Below are positions 22,506 through 32,593 of a DNA stretch of 64,000 nt, one piece after another (position 1 is the stretch's first letter; each line of letters opens with the position of its first letter). The notes under the pieces are model-generated. The model was not told the DNA's origin. It ran no database searches and saw only the letters and a program-made list of their open reading frames with translations. Both the position numbers and the translations under genes were made by a program. This DNA is from Thermacetogenium sp. UBA5472 (GTDB lineage Bacteria > Bacillota > DSM-12270 > Thermacetogeniales > Thermacetogeniaceae): NCBI GenBank assembly GCA_002426495.1, contig DIQC01000089.1, positions 28,728-92,727 of the forward strand, given 5' to 3'.

Positions 22506-23519
22506 TTATTTACTTAAAATATCCCGGAGAAGCTGGGAAATAATCTCATCAAGTTCGTCCTCGGTAAAATAGAGTCCTTCTTTTCCCTCTTCAGAAGTGT
22601 CTGCCGTCCTCCCTGCTTCTGTTAGGAATGACTTAAGCTTTTGGACTTTTCTGCCTGCTTCCTGACAACAAGCCTCTGTTTGTGTATTACCACCCAGATC
22701 CCATACCACATCATCAGGCAGGGGAGAAAGATCTTTGTAACAACAGGTTATATCAACTACCGCCACCTGTATCTCCGGGAAAAACAGCGCAACACGCTGC
22801 ATGGGATCAATCCAGGAGTGAAAGGCTTCTACTCCATATCTACAGCTTAATGCCTCAATCAGAATCTCCTGCATCACTTTGGTTCCACTTTCTGGTGCTC
22901 CCTTGAGCAGATAGCGCTTTCTGCAGTGCTTTAATAGATGATGAAGGAATTCCACCTCCCCCTGTACAGTCACACTCCCGGCAAAAAAGTGTTTAAGAAC
23001 AGATTCCCTCTCCTGAAAGTCCTTGATCCATCCAGTAGCTTTGTTCATAACCCCCGCATCTGACGGGTCACCATAACCAGAACAACATGAGTTGTGGATT
23101 TCCCCGGCCGCATTTAATAATTGCCCAACTTTTTCATTTCCTAAAGCCCCGCAATCTTTCGTCTGAACACTGCCCCCGGGTAGTTCCACAGTTTTTACCT
23201 TCAGGGAGGGAAAGGAGCCCAGTTGGGCGCAGGGATGGTCTCTGCTGAGCACACCGAATCCCTTTACAGGAATGATCATTCCCTCCAAAACCATTGGATC
23301 CTCTGCACGATGAAAATAGTTTATATGTAAACTCCGGTCTTCTAATGCCAAGCCCAGCAGTCGAATAGCCAAACTCTGTCCGGAAATTGTGTTCCCTTGG
23401 AGCAGGTATAACCTCTTCAGTTCCTTAAAGCGCTCAGGCCAAAACGAAATGAAACCCTTGCTGGTCAGAGCACTTGCCAGATAATGTCGGTTCTTTTGTT
23501 TTATACCCATCCATCCCAC
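22506..23519 (-). CDS. PRK06851-like tandem P-loop protein with degenerate Walker A motifs
   Basis: Two repeats (HYLASALTSKGF...LYLLQG and HFFAGSVTVQG...YLLKGAP) with the architecture of this clostridial family; likely start ATG 23510. Confidence 0.6.
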   Translation of the reverse strand: MGWMGIKQKNRHYLASALTSKGFISFWPERFKELKRLYLLQGNTISGQSLAIRLLGLALEDRSLHINYFHRAEDPMVLEGMIIPVKGFGVLSRDHPCAQLGSFPSLKVKTVELPGGSVQTKDCGALGNEKVGQLLNAAGEIHNSCCSGYGDPSDAGVMNKATGWIKDFQERESVLKHFFAGSVTVQGEVEFLHHLLKHCRKRYLLKGAPESGTKVMQEILIEALSCRYGVEAFHSWIDPMQRVALFFPEIQVAVVDITCCYKDLSPLPDDVVWDLGGNTQTEACCQEAGRKVQKLKSFLTEAGRTADTSEEGKEGLYFTEDELDEIISQLLRDILSK

Positions 23520-23600
23520 CTGCTGAATTGAGCCAGGTAGCGCTCACCCCCTGTAGTATTTTTTACATATTATTAAACAAGGGGAAGAGGTGTGACAGAG

Positions 23601-23676
23601 TAGTGGTTAGTGGTTGGTGGTTGGTCGTTAGTGGTTTGTACTGAGATGTGAGAAGTGGGAGGTCGGAAGTGGGAAT
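23601..23676 (+). repeat. Two adjacent heptamer arrays (families A and B)
   Basis: TAGTGGT TAGTGGT TGGTGGT TGGTCGT TAGTGGT (23601-23635), then TGAGATG TGAGAAG TGGGAGG TCGGAAG TGGGAAT (23642-23676). Confidence 0.85.
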
Positions 23677-23700
23677 AAAGCTGACAAGTTTGTCGTTACA

Positions 23701-24951
23701 TTACTTGTGTACATTAAACTTTTTCTTTACACGGTTGATTAATTTCTTAAAGGGGCTTCCCATGACAAAGCCAACATTAGGACGATCTCCGAGTTCGGGA
23801 ACTGGGATCTCTCCCAGGGGTTCTCCCGGTGCTTTATGCACCCTGGCCTGGCTGGTTTCTCCTGTTCCTCCGGCAAACTCCAATAGAAAAGAATCCCCTG
23901 CTAACCTGAGGATCCGAGAGAGCTCGTGGCGGGAATTAACAGATTTGCCATTCACACTCCGGATAACATCACCGGACTTTATGCCAGCCAAATGAGCAGG
24001 GGATCCCTTTAGAACATCCAAGACCATCACCCCTCCGGATGAGGGAGGAACAAAGCGCGGTCTCCCCTGCAGTTCCTGACGACGTCCCAGATAGATGACT
24101 AACTCATGGCCAAACGGGGAAAACAGGGCGGGAATAATGGAGAACTGAGGATAGTGAGATGAAGCAACAGCAAGCCCCAGTAAAACAATGCTGTACCCTG
24201 CCAGGTGAGCGGCAGTGCGTTTTGTGCGTTCCCTGGGCAAGCAGGTAACCGCCAGTTCACCATAACCTAGTGCGGCCACAACAGGCAGAATCTGATACAT
24301 GACATCCTGAATGGATGCTGTTTCCCAGGGACGAATCAGCGGCCACCACTCCGGCATTTTCAGCAATTCTCCGGGTACCTGGTCAGCACCTAAAAGGATC
24401 ATCATCGCAGCCAGGGGTATCGGCCAAAACTTCTGTAGGTTAAAGGCACCCACCACACGCCCATCAGGATTGCGAACATAAACAGGAAGGGGATCCTGGT
24501 GCCCGCTCAATAATATTAAGATACTTTCCACCAGATGCAGCACAGCAACCAGGCCCATAAGGCCAGGGATATGAACCTGAGGATAACCAAAAATGATAGA
24601 GATTAAGGCCAGCACTCCGCCAGCATAGGAGAAACATAAAAATCTTGGACTGAACAGCATCAGCACCAGAGCGATAATCCACAGCCAGGCCACACCTACC
24701 CCGTTGATGGTCACTCCAAAAAGGATCATCAGAAAGCTTCCTAGAAAGCCTCCAATGACCCCATAAACCAAAGCTATAAATGAAGCCCGAAAAGAAGAAT
24801 CCTTGAGCCCATATAAGGACTCCTTGGTTTTCAGCATACGGCGGTACTGCAGCCATACCAGAACCACTACAAGCCAGAATAAAGGTGACATCAGCAGTTG
24901 CAGAATAGTAAAGGCAGAATGGTAAAGAACCAGAGTCCAGGAAAAATCCAT
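23701..24951 (-). CDS. Multi-TM protein with C-terminal PDZ domain (MinJ/YvjD-like)
   Basis: PRFLCFSYAGG, LHLVESIL, LFSPFGHE, PDZ motif SPAHLAGIKSGDVI; directly downstream of the S41 protease as in the conserved ftsEX-ctp-minJ block. Confidence 0.8.
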   Translation of the reverse strand: MDFSWTLVLYHSAFTILQLLMSPLFWLVVVLVWLQYRRMLKTKESLYGLKDSSFRASFIALVYGVIGGFLGSFLMILFGVTINGVGVAWLWIIALVLMLFSPRFLCFSYAGGVLALISIIFGYPQVHIPGLMGLVAVLHLVESILILLSGHQDPLPVYVRNPDGRVVGAFNLQKFWPIPLAAMMILLGADQVPGELLKMPEWWPLIRPWETASIQDVMYQILPVVAALGYGELAVTCLPRERTKRTAAHLAGYSIVLLGLAVASSHYPQFSIIPALFSPFGHELVIYLGRRQELQGRPRFVPPSSGGVMVLDVLKGSPAHLAGIKSGDVIRSVNGKSVNSRHELSRILRLAGDSFLLEFAGGTGETSQARVHKAPGEPLGEIPVPELGDRPNVGFVMGSPFKKLINRVKKKFNVHK

Positions 24952-24962
24952 CTGCTACCCCC

Positions 24963-26135
24963 CTACGCCGCCTTTTCGCTCTTCAACTGCTCCTCAAGTA
25001 CTTCTACAGCCTTTTCCAACTGAACATCTTCCTCTATATCCTTTGGCTGCTCAACAACGACATCCGGCTCGATCCCCTTGGCATGAATATCATGCCCATC
25101 AGGTGTCAAATACTTGTTGGTGGTCAGCTTGACCCCCTCTTGATCACCCAGGTTAAAAACAGTCTGTACCAGACCCTTGCCAAATGTACGTGCACCTACC
25201 AGTACCCCACTTTCAGAGTCTTTGATAGCACCGGCAACAATTTCCGAAGCGCTGGCACTCCCCCCATCTATGAGCACCACAAGGGGCCCCGTTACCTCTC
25301 GACCGCTGCGGGTAGCATATAAGACATCCTCTGTTCCTCCACTCTGGACAATTCGAACAACAGGACCATCCTTTAAAAAATACCCCGCTACTTCTACAGC
25401 CGCCTGCAGATCACCCCCGGGGTTCCCCCGCAGGTCAAGTATCAACCCACGATATTGAGCCTCTTCCAATTTTGTCAGTTCCTCATGTAGTTGGGTATTT
25501 GTATTGACACGGTTGAAATGCATCACACGCAAGTACCCTACATCCGGATAATCCTCAAGCATTCTTCCGCTTACAGAAGGAACAATAATTTGTTCTCTGA
25601 CCAACTGCACAGTAAAGGTTCGATTCTCCTCCGGACGCATGATCTCCAGGGAAACGGTGGTACCCGGCTCTCCTCGAAGAATAGCTGCAGCTTCAACAGT
25701 GGTCATATCTGTCGTTTCTTCATCTTCAATCTTAGTGATCAGATCCCCGCTTCGGATACCCTCCTGAGCAGCCGGTGTTCCAGGCAAAGGAGAAACAACA
25801 ACAATTTGATTGTCCTGGTTCATATCGATTTCTACACCTATTCCGCCAAAAGTCCCTTCTATCTGCAGATTTAACTCCTTAAAGGCTTCCCTGTCCAAAT
25901 AAACTGAATATGGATCATCCAAGGCTTCCACCATCCCCTCAACCGCACCATTTACCAATTTAGCTGTGCTGACATCTTCGATGTATTGACTTTTAATAAG
26001 AAAGAAAGTACTGACAAGTTTACTTACATTATTTTTGTGGGCCCAATAAAAAAACCCACCGAGCACACCGACAATTAATAGGACAATTAATACAACAGCA
26101 GTAATACGCAAACCGCGGGTCTTCAGCCTGTCCAC
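24963..26135 (-). CDS. Carboxyl-terminal processing protease, S41A family (CtpA/CtpB-like)
   Basis: LDDPYS, PDZ GIG, ILDLRGNPGG, SASASEI, TFGKGLVQ, GIEPD; true start may be CTG 26126 (SD AGGAGGTG 6 nt upstream). Confidence 0.95.
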   Translation of the reverse strand: MDRLKTRGLRITAVVLIVLLIVGVLGGFFYWAHKNNVSKLVSTFFLIKSQYIEDVSTAKLVNGAVEGMVEALDDPYSVYLDREAFKELNLQIEGTFGGIGVEIDMNQDNQIVVVSPLPGTPAAQEGIRSGDLITKIEDEETTDMTTVEAAAILRGEPGTTVSLEIMRPEENRTFTVQLVREQIIVPSVSGRMLEDYPDVGYLRVMHFNRVNTNTQLHEELTKLEEAQYRGLILDLRGNPGGDLQAAVEVAGYFLKDGPVVRIVQSGGTEDVLYATRSGREVTGPLVVLIDGGSASASEIVAGAIKDSESGVLVGARTFGKGLVQTVFNLGDQEGVKLTTNKYLTPDGHDIHAKGIEPDVVVEQPKDIEEDVQLEKAVEVLEEQLKSEKAA

Positions 26136-26312
26136 CTCCTGAATATATGCCTAGCCATCTTCCCCGTTTAACCACTTTATGTATAATATTACACTTTTAT
26201 CATTTTTAACAGCCCTGCTCCTTCTTTTTATCCTTACATAAATATACAGCAGAAGAAATTGATTTATGACCACACAATAGATTATACACTATTATTTTAA
26301 ACTTAAACCCCC

Positions 26313-26341
26313 TTGATGTATCTTTAAACTTATGAGATAAT
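26313..26341 (+). promoter_or_regulatory. SigA-type promoter ahead of the Moco/Wco riboswitch
   Basis: TTGATG-N17-GATAAT with an extended -10 TG. Confidence 0.6.
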
Positions 26342-26358
26342 ACAATTAATTAAATAGT

Positions 26359-26458
26359 TTTTCTCCGAGTCCACGAGCCTGTTGTTTTTAACTATGGCTG
26401 GCGGACCGTTAGGGTACATTTGGAAACGAGTGTGCCTCCCATTGCGGAAAGGAGAAGC
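26359..26458 (+). ncRNA. Moco/Wco (tungsten cofactor) riboswitch-like motif (RF01055-like), lacking P3
   Basis: TTCTCCGAG...CCTG...TATGG...GGAC CGTTAGGG TACATTTG-GAAA-CGAGTGTG CCTCCC-ATTGC-GGAAAGGAGAA: P1 TTCTCC/GGAGAA, GTCC/GGAC pairing, GNRA-capped P4, hallmark GCCTCCC...GGAAAGG. Recognised by eye. Confidence 0.8.
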
Positions 26459-26470
26459 GTACGATAATTA

Positions 26471-26504
26471 ACCGATCGCTTATTCTTTTCTGCGATCGGT
26501 TTTA
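26471..26504 (+). terminator. Intrinsic terminator (riboswitch expression platform)
   Basis: ACCGATCGC-N12-GCGATCGGT then TTT. Confidence 0.7.
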
Positions 26505-26552
26505 TGTTTCTAATTATGTTTCTATTGAAGATCGGCATCAGTACCATATATT

Positions 26553-26594
26553 TGCTGTGGGGAAAGCATCACACACCCCACAGCATATTTTTTT
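26553..26594 (+). terminator. Second plus-strand intrinsic terminator
   Basis: TGCTGTGGGG-N13-CCCCACAGCA followed by TATTTTTTT. Confidence 0.75.
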
Positions 26595-26619
26595 GAGGTA
26601 TGTGAGGGGTAAAATAAAA

Positions 26620-26649
26620 GGATGCAACAGGAACCATCCCGTTGCACCC
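26620..26649 (-). terminator. Terminator of the M23 gene; loop belongs to the REP-like family
   Basis: Minus strand GGGTGCAAC-GGGATGGTTCCT-GTTGCATCC then TTTTATTTT. Confidence 0.7.
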
Positions 26650-26664
26650 GCCGCTTCTCATTAT

Positions 26665-27846
26665 CTAGAGGTAACCTAGAGGATTAGTGGGGTTCCCGTT
26701 AATGCGAACTCCAAAATGAAGGTGCGGACCTGTACTACTACCTGCACCAGGTGTACCGGGAATACCGCCAACCTTACCTATGATTTGTCCTTGGCTCACA
26801 ACATCGCCTCTTCTAACTGCCATACTAGACATGTGAGCATATAATGTCGTAATCCCCCCACCGTGGTCAATTATCACTGTATTGCCATAGCCGCTTCGCA
26901 GACTGACATCGATAACTGTACCTCCATCCGCAGCCCGTATAGGAGAACCATAAGAGGCACCAATGTCGATTCCATCATGGAGCTTATTTACATGATAGAC
27001 AGGATGCCATCGCATTCCATAATTAGATGTGATCGGTCCTGCTGCCGGCCAGCTGAAACGACCATTTCCCCGGGATGGCATTGAATTCGATGAACCCGTA
27101 GAACCCGATGAATTACTTGACTGATACTGCTGAATGAACTGTGTTATCTGCTGGGATGTCGCTTCCAATTCATCAATAGCTCGCTGACAAGCGGCTTGGT
27201 CAGACTGCAGCCTCTCCAATGTATCTTGCCTGTCCTGTTTACGTGATGCCAGATAGGTCTGCTTAGCCTCTGTTGTTTTTTGTAGAACACCAACCTCTTC
27301 CCTTTTCTCCTCCAGTTCACGCTTCAGACGGGAAACGATGTCCCTCTCCTCAGTCAGTTCCTTGACCATCTTTGTATCCTGATCTGTTATTTTTTTTAAT
27401 AGATCGAAGCGCATCAGAAAATCACTCATACTGGTGCTGTCCAGCAGTACTTCGAGATAGGAAATATTACCCTGCATATAGATGTTTCTTAACCGCTGAT
27501 GGTAAGCATCTGTCCGCTCCTGTAGTGCTTCCTCTTTCTCCTGCAGCTGCGGTTCGAGCTCGTCTATTGACACTTGTAGTGCAGACAGCTCTCTATCGAT
27601 CCGCTCCAAATCGGTAGATGTTTTAAAGATATCCTGGTCGATCTCGTCTAATTGATCCACAATATCTTTTTGTTGTTCTTGATTCTTATTCAACTGCTCT
27701 CTACGTTCTTCAATCTGGCTGTTAACCTTGGACAGTTCATCTTTCTTCTCCCCTAGATCTGATGCCTGAGCAGGTGCCATCTGACTGAAGATCAGCACGA
27801 TTCCTAACATGGTACTTACAACAATTTGAGTAACTCTTTTTTTCAT
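26665..27846 (-). CDS. Coiled-coil plus M23 peptidase (EnvC/CwlO-like murein hydrolase partner of FtsEX)
   Basis: Signal peptide, long coiled coil, HDGID, GYGN, HGGG..TLYAH, STGPHLHF. Confidence 0.92.
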   Translation of the reverse strand: MKKRVTQIVVSTMLGIVLIFSQMAPAQASDLGEKKDELSKVNSQIEERREQLNKNQEQQKDIVDQLDEIDQDIFKTSTDLERIDRELSALQVSIDELEPQLQEKEEALQERTDAYHQRLRNIYMQGNISYLEVLLDSTSMSDFLMRFDLLKKITDQDTKMVKELTEERDIVSRLKRELEEKREEVGVLQKTTEAKQTYLASRKQDRQDTLERLQSDQAACQRAIDELEATSQQITQFIQQYQSSNSSGSTGSSNSMPSRGNGRFSWPAAGPITSNYGMRWHPVYHVNKLHDGIDIGASYGSPIRAADGGTVIDVSLRSGYGNTVIIDHGGGITTLYAHMSSMAVRRGDVVSQGQIIGKVGGIPGTPGAGSSTGPHLHFGVRINGNPTNPLGYL

Positions 27847-27972
27847 TCTCTCCTCCCTCTTTTTTTACGCAATGCTTTAACCATTAACAAAATATCTAAA
27901 ACAGAGACCAGTTGTCAGAAACTGCAGGAATCACCCTTCACAGCAACTGAAACAACCCCTGAGATCGTCAAA

Positions 27973-27993
27973 ACAATCAACGACCAACCACTA
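27973..27993 (-). repeat. Heptamer repeat, family A, starting at the ftsX stop codon
   Basis: Minus strand TAGTGGT TGGTCGT TGATTGT; the TAG is the ftsX stop. Confidence 0.7.
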
Positions 27994-28875
27994 AACCCGC
28001 AGATATTTCCGCACAGAAATACTGCTACCAATCGCACCTAAAAGAACTCCAAGTCCCAGCAAAATACCATATATTATCAACATATCACTGCTATCTGTTA
28101 CCAGAGGCAGGAATGTGATTGCTTGCTGAAGTTTCATGGTCAGTGTTCCGTATGATAAATAAAGAACACCCACAGCCAGCAGAGCACCTACGAACCCGAG
28201 AATAACTCCCTCCAGAAGAAATGGCCAGCGCACAAACCAATCTGTGGCTCCTACATATTTCATAATATTGATCTCTTTGCGCCTGGCATAGAATGTCAGC
28301 CGAGTTGTGGTAGCGATTAGGAAAATAGCGCTAACTGCCAAAAGCACTATTACAATCAGTCCAATAATGCGCACCCATTCGGTCAGGGCGAAAAGTTTTT
28401 CTACCACACCCTGCTCATAGCGCACATTATCTACTCCGGGAAGTCTTTCGATCTCAGCAGCTGCAGCCCCCACTTCACGGGGATCTCCGGTTTTGATTTT
28501 ATAGGCATTAGGAAGAGGGTTTTCCTCGCTTAAGCTGCCCAGATCGGAGCCTTTACCCATCCACCCCTCCAACAATTCCAGGCCTTCATCCGGAGAGACG
28601 AAAACTACCTCTTTAACACCTGATATCCTATTAAAACTAGGCTCCATAGAATGGGCTTCATTTTCCGATATGTCATCCTCTAAATAGACCATAATTTCGA
28701 CATTTGATTCTACTGTATTCGCAATTTGATCGATATTAATCATCAGGAGCATTCCGATGCCCAAAACGAACAGCGAGATAGCTGTAGTCCCTGCTGCCGC
28801 AAAATTCAGCAGGCTATTACGTTTCAGGGAACGAAAGACCTCCTGAAAAATATAATTAATTTTTCTAAGTGGCAT
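27991..28875 (-). CDS. ftsX: Cell division permease FtsX
   Basis: [33 protein letters not shown], four TM segments; downstream of ftsE; start placed at ATG 28875. Confidence 0.95.
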   Translation of the reverse strand: MPLRKINYIFQEVFRSLKRNSLLNFAAAGTTAISLFVLGIGMLLMINIDQIANTVESNVEIMVYLEDDISENEAHSMEPSFNRISGVKEVVFVSPDEGLELLEGWMGKGSDLGSLSEENPLPNAYKIKTGDPREVGAAAAEIERLPGVDNVRYEQGVVEKLFALTEWVRIIGLIVIVLLAVSAIFLIATTTRLTFYARRKEINIMKYVGATDWFVRWPFLLEGVILGFVGALLAVGVLYLSYGTLTMKLQQAITFLPLVTDSSDMLIIYGILLGLGVLLGAIGSSISVRKYLRV

Positions 28876-29551
28876 TGGCGTATACACCCCGTTGCTCATC
28901 ACGCACGACTTGCCCGCAGTTCATAGCAATAACCCGCTGGCGCATGACATCGACTATTTCTTTAGCATGTGTTGCAATGATCACTGTAGTCCCTTGTTCG
29001 TTAATATCTCGAAAGCAATCCATTATCCCCCAGGATGTATCAATATCCAAATTGCCGGTAGGTTCATCTGCAATAATTATTGAAGGCTTATTGACCAGTG
29101 CTCGGGCGATGGCTGTCCGCTGCTGTTCGCCACCGGAAAGCTGCGTTGGGTAGTCGTCCAACCGTTTCTCCAGGCCAACCAGTTTAGCAACTTCTGGCAC
29201 CCTAGCCGTGATCTCTGACCTGCCTGCACCCACCACTTTCATCGCAAAAGCCACATTTTCGAAAACTGTGCGATCGCTCAGCAGTCGGAAATCCTGAAAA
29301 ACCATACCTATCTGACGGCGCAAATAAGGCACATCTCGTGATCTCATCCTGATCACACTGCGTCCGTCGATATAGATCTGTCCTTTAGTAGGCAATTCCT
29401 CTCTAAAAATCAGCTTGATCAGCGTTGATTTTCCTGCTCCACTTGGTCCTACGATAAAGACAAATTCTCCTGTTTCGATCTGCAAAGATACCCCCCGGAG
29501 TGCATTAACTCCATTGGGGTAAACTTTCGATACATTGAAAAAGCTGATCAC
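28865..29551 (-). CDS. ftsE: Cell division ATP-binding protein FtsE
   Basis: [34 protein letters not shown]. Confidence 0.96.
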   Translation of the reverse strand: MISFFNVSKVYPNGVNALRGVSLQIETGEFVFIVGPSGAGKSTLIKLIFREELPTKGQIYIDGRSVIRMRSRDVPYLRRQIGMVFQDFRLLSDRTVFENVAFAMKVVGAGRSEITARVPEVAKLVGLEKRLDDYPTQLSGGEQQRTAIARALVNKPSIIIADEPTGNLDIDTSWGIMDCFRDINEQGTTVIIATHAKEIVDVMRQRVIAMNCGQVVRDEQRGVYANAT

Positions 29552-29621
29552 AATACCACCTCAAACTGAAATATTCGTAATATTACCCAAAAAGAAAACA
29601 ACTTCCCCCTTATGGAAGTTG

Positions 29622-29649
29622 TTTTCGACATTAATGATAAATTTCCTCT
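29622..29649 (-). promoter_or_regulatory. SigH-like promoter upstream of ftsE, overlapping a Spo0A-box-like TGTCGAA
   Basis: Minus strand AGAGGAAAT-TTATCATTAAT-GTCGAAAAC. Confidence 0.4.
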
Positions 29650-29715
29650 TTAATAATTACATAATATTATTACCTTCTCTGTTTTTAAATGGATTTTTAT
29701 AGTTTTTTATGGTTT

Positions 29716-30660
29716 TTATGTCTGGGAACGCTCTATTACGCGACCCACAGCAGCGACAATATTTTTTGCTGTCAGCCCGCAGACTTCCAGAAGCTGCTCA
29801 GGGGTACCCGACTCCCCAAAACGATCCATGACCCCTACCCTCTCCAAGGGAACCGGATAGTTCTCACAGAGAACTTCGGCAACCGCACTCCCTAACCCAC
29901 CGTAAATGGAGTGCTCCTCTGCAGTGACCACAGCTCTTGTTTTCCGTGCCATTTGTATAATTGTCTCCTCATCTAGAGGCTTAATAGTAGAGACATTGAC
30001 AACAGCAATTTCAATTCCCTCTGCGGCAAGCAATGACGCCGCTTCCAATGCCCTGGAAACCATGATCCCAGCAGAAAAAATCACAGCATCGCTTCCATGG
30101 CGCAAGGGCACCGCCTTGCCAATTTTAAACTGATAATCCTGATCCAGTATTTCGGGAAATGCAGGCCGCCCTAACCTAATGTAGACTGGGCCCTTCATCT
30201 TAACAGCGGCAGTTACTGCTTGGGCCGTTTCCACAGCATCTGCAGGAACTATAACCGTCATATTGGGGAGTGTCCGCATTAAAGAAATATCTTCAATTGT
30301 TTGATGGCTAGCCCCATCCTCTCCCACACTAACCCCGGCATGGGTAGCGATAATCTTTACATTTAAACCCGGATAAGCGATAGCATTGCGCACCTGGTCA
30401 TAAGCCCGTCCGGTGGCAAAAACCGCAAAAGTACTGGCACAGGGAATCTTACCCGCCAGAGCAAACCCAGCAGCTGTACCCATCATATTCTGTTCCGCAA
30501 TACCCATATCAAAAAAACGCTCTGGATAGCATTTTGCAAACTCATTGGTTTTTGTGGATGGTGACAGATCCGCATCCAGCACAACCAGTTCTGGGCAGCT
30601 TGCTCCTAACTCAGCTAAAACCCTTCCATATGCCTCACGTGGAGAGCTCTTCTTCTGCAT
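29716..30660 (-). CDS. Transketolase, C-terminal subunit
   Basis: GIAEQNM, GEDGASHQ, YIRLGR, VTAEEH, GGLGSAVAE. Confidence 0.95.
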   Translation of the reverse strand: MQKKSSPREAYGRVLAELGASCPELVVLDADLSPSTKTNEFAKCYPERFFDMGIAEQNMMGTAAGFALAGKIPCASTFAVFATGRAYDQVRNAIAYPGLNVKIIATHAGVSVGEDGASHQTIEDISLMRTLPNMTVIVPADAVETAQAVTAAVKMKGPVYIRLGRPAFPEILDQDYQFKIGKAVPLRHGSDAVIFSAGIMVSRALEAASLLAAEGIEIAVVNVSTIKPLDEETIIQMARKTRAVVTAEEHSIYGGLGSAVAEVLCENYPVPLERVGVMDRFGESGTPEQLLEVCGLTAKNIVAAVGRVIERSQT

Positions 30661-30696
30661 GATTACTTCTTCCCCCTTTTGACTTTCGGCTCCATA

Positions 30697-31539
30697 TCAA
30701 ACATCTATAATACCAATTTCGTCCAGTGCTTGTGCGGCTTGTTTTGCATCTGGTGCATTGCCATGCCAGCCAGCTACGTCTTCCATAAAAGAAACCCCTT
30801 TTCCTTTGACAGTTTTAGCAATGATCATTGCTGGCTGGCTTTTAACTCCTGCAGCCCAGTTAAAGGCATCAATCAGTTCAGGAATGTCATGGCCATCCAC
30901 CTGACGCACAGCCCAGCCAAAAGCCTGCCACTTTTCAGGGAAAGGTAGAGGAGACATTACCTCATCGATAGCGCCATCGATCTGCAGGCCATTATAGTCA
31001 AGAACCGCAGTGAGATTATCTGACTTATAGTGGGCAGCGGCCATAGCTGCTTCCCAGACCTGGCCCTCCTCACATTCGCCATCCCCCAAAAGGACATAAA
31101 CACGGTAATCCCGTTGGTCCAGCTTAGCTGCCAGTGCAGTTCCCAACCCCATCGATAATCCCTGCCCCAGGGATCCTGTCGAGGCCTCTACCCCGGGCAA
31201 TTGTCCTTTGGCCGGATGTCCCTGCAGTCTCGTCCCCAACTTCCTCAGAGTCAACAACTCCTCCCTGGGAAAGAAACCCCGCTCTGCCAGTGCTGCATAA
31301 AGAAGTGGGGCAGCATGTCCTTTGCTTAAAATAAATCTGTCCCGTTCGGACCATTCAGGATCTTCAGGCTGCAAACGCAGCACATGAAAAAATAATGCCG
31401 TCACTATCTCCACACTGGAAAGGCTGCCACCCGGATGGCCTGATCCCGCTTCGGTCAGCATCTCGATAATATCTCTTCTGATAAGCTGTGCCTTTGCCTC
31501 CAAATCCCTGATCTCCTGTTTGTCAGCTTCTGCCATCAT
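30697..31539 (-). CDS. Transketolase, N-terminal (TPP-binding) subunit
   Basis: SGHPGGSLS, DRFILSKGH, LQGHP, GSLGQG, GDGE...N TPP motif. Confidence 0.95.
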   Translation of the reverse strand: MMAEADKQEIRDLEAKAQLIRRDIIEMLTEAGSGHPGGSLSSVEIVTALFFHVLRLQPEDPEWSERDRFILSKGHAAPLLYAALAERGFFPREELLTLRKLGTRLQGHPAKGQLPGVEASTGSLGQGLSMGLGTALAAKLDQRDYRVYVLLGDGECEEGQVWEAAMAAAHYKSDNLTAVLDYNGLQIDGAIDEVMSPLPFPEKWQAFGWAVRQVDGHDIPELIDAFNWAAGVKSQPAMIIAKTVKGKGVSFMEDVAGWHGNAPDAKQAAQALDEIGIIDV

Positions 31540-31548
31540 ATTACCTCC

Positions 31549-32421
31549 TCAACTGATCTCATTTTCTCTATAATCTTTAAAGCCTTCCCCTAATACCTCA
31601 TGTGCATCTGTAATAAAAACAAAAGCCTTCTGATCAATGCTATAAACCAGATCCTTCAAACGGCTCTCTTCTGTCTTTCCGACCACACAAATGAGCACAG
31701 GGCGCTCACCCCCTGTGAACATTCCTTTACCCTGCAATGCAGTAACCCCGCGCCCCAACACCTTAAAAACAGCCTGACTGATTTCCTCTGAGTGATCAGA
31801 GATTATATAAGCCGCTTTGGCAAAACTGATCCCTTCCTGTACCAGGTCGATCATCTTACTGGTAATTAATAATGTCAAGAGGGCATAGAGAGCTAATTTG
31901 GCATTAAAAAAAATTGCAGCAAGGCTGACCACAACAAAATCCGCACCCAGGAGGCCCTGGCCTACTGTCACAGGAAAATGTTTATGCAGCAGCCGTGCCA
32001 CTAGATCTGTTCCTCCGGAGGTGCCCCCGGCTCGGAGAACGATTCCTATTCCAATTCCGGAAAGAATGCCCCCATAAATTGAAGCCAGCAGGACATCACC
32101 AGTCATTACCGGAACACGATTTGCCAATAATTCTATAAACGCAGATGTGGTAAGTGCACCATAGATGCTGCGCACGAAAACATGCTTTCCTAACTCACGA
32201 AAGGAAAGAATGAATAAGGGTATGTTTATACCCAGCATTGTTATCCCTACAGGAACCCTCAACAGATGATATATAAGCGTAGCTAGGCCGCTCACTCCAC
32301 CTGCAGCAATCTTATTGGGAACCAAAAAAACATCAAGAGCAAGTGCTATAACAATAGAACCTATAGTGATCAATAAATAATTTTGCAGCAATTTTTGCTT
32401 GCGCAAAGGTTCCCACTCCAT
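31549..32421 (-). CDS. YitT-family membrane protein (DUF161 plus DUF2179)
   Basis: AAGGVSGLA, GGTSGGTD, RGVT...G.GMFTG, DQKAF. Confidence 0.9.
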   Translation of the reverse strand: MEWEPLRKQKLLQNYLLITIGSIVIALALDVFLVPNKIAAGGVSGLATLIYHLLRVPVGITMLGINIPLFILSFRELGKHVFVRSIYGALTTSAFIELLANRVPVMTGDVLLASIYGGILSGIGIGIVLRAGGTSGGTDLVARLLHKHFPVTVGQGLLGADFVVVSLAAIFFNAKLALYALLTLLITSKMIDLVQEGISFAKAAYIISDHSEEISQAVFKVLGRGVTALQGKGMFTGGERPVLICVVGKTEESRLKDLVYSIDQKAFVFITDAHEVLGEGFKDYRENEIS

Positions 32422-32593
32422 CCAACGATTACGCTATCCCCTAAAATTATTGTTACCAGAACATTTTTTTCAACCCGTGAGCAGGCTTGTCAAATTTTCT
32501 CCTTTTTGCTGCAGTATTCCTGCATGTTTAAAAATAAAGCCCCAGGGCTATGAAACTCTGGGACATTTTCTTTTCTTTAAAATATGGGTTACC

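Noticed and set aside
26504-26596. 30-codon ORF downstream of the Moco/Wco aptamer as its target
   Set aside because: No SD, starts inside the terminator U-tract and overlaps a second terminator; no recognisable family.
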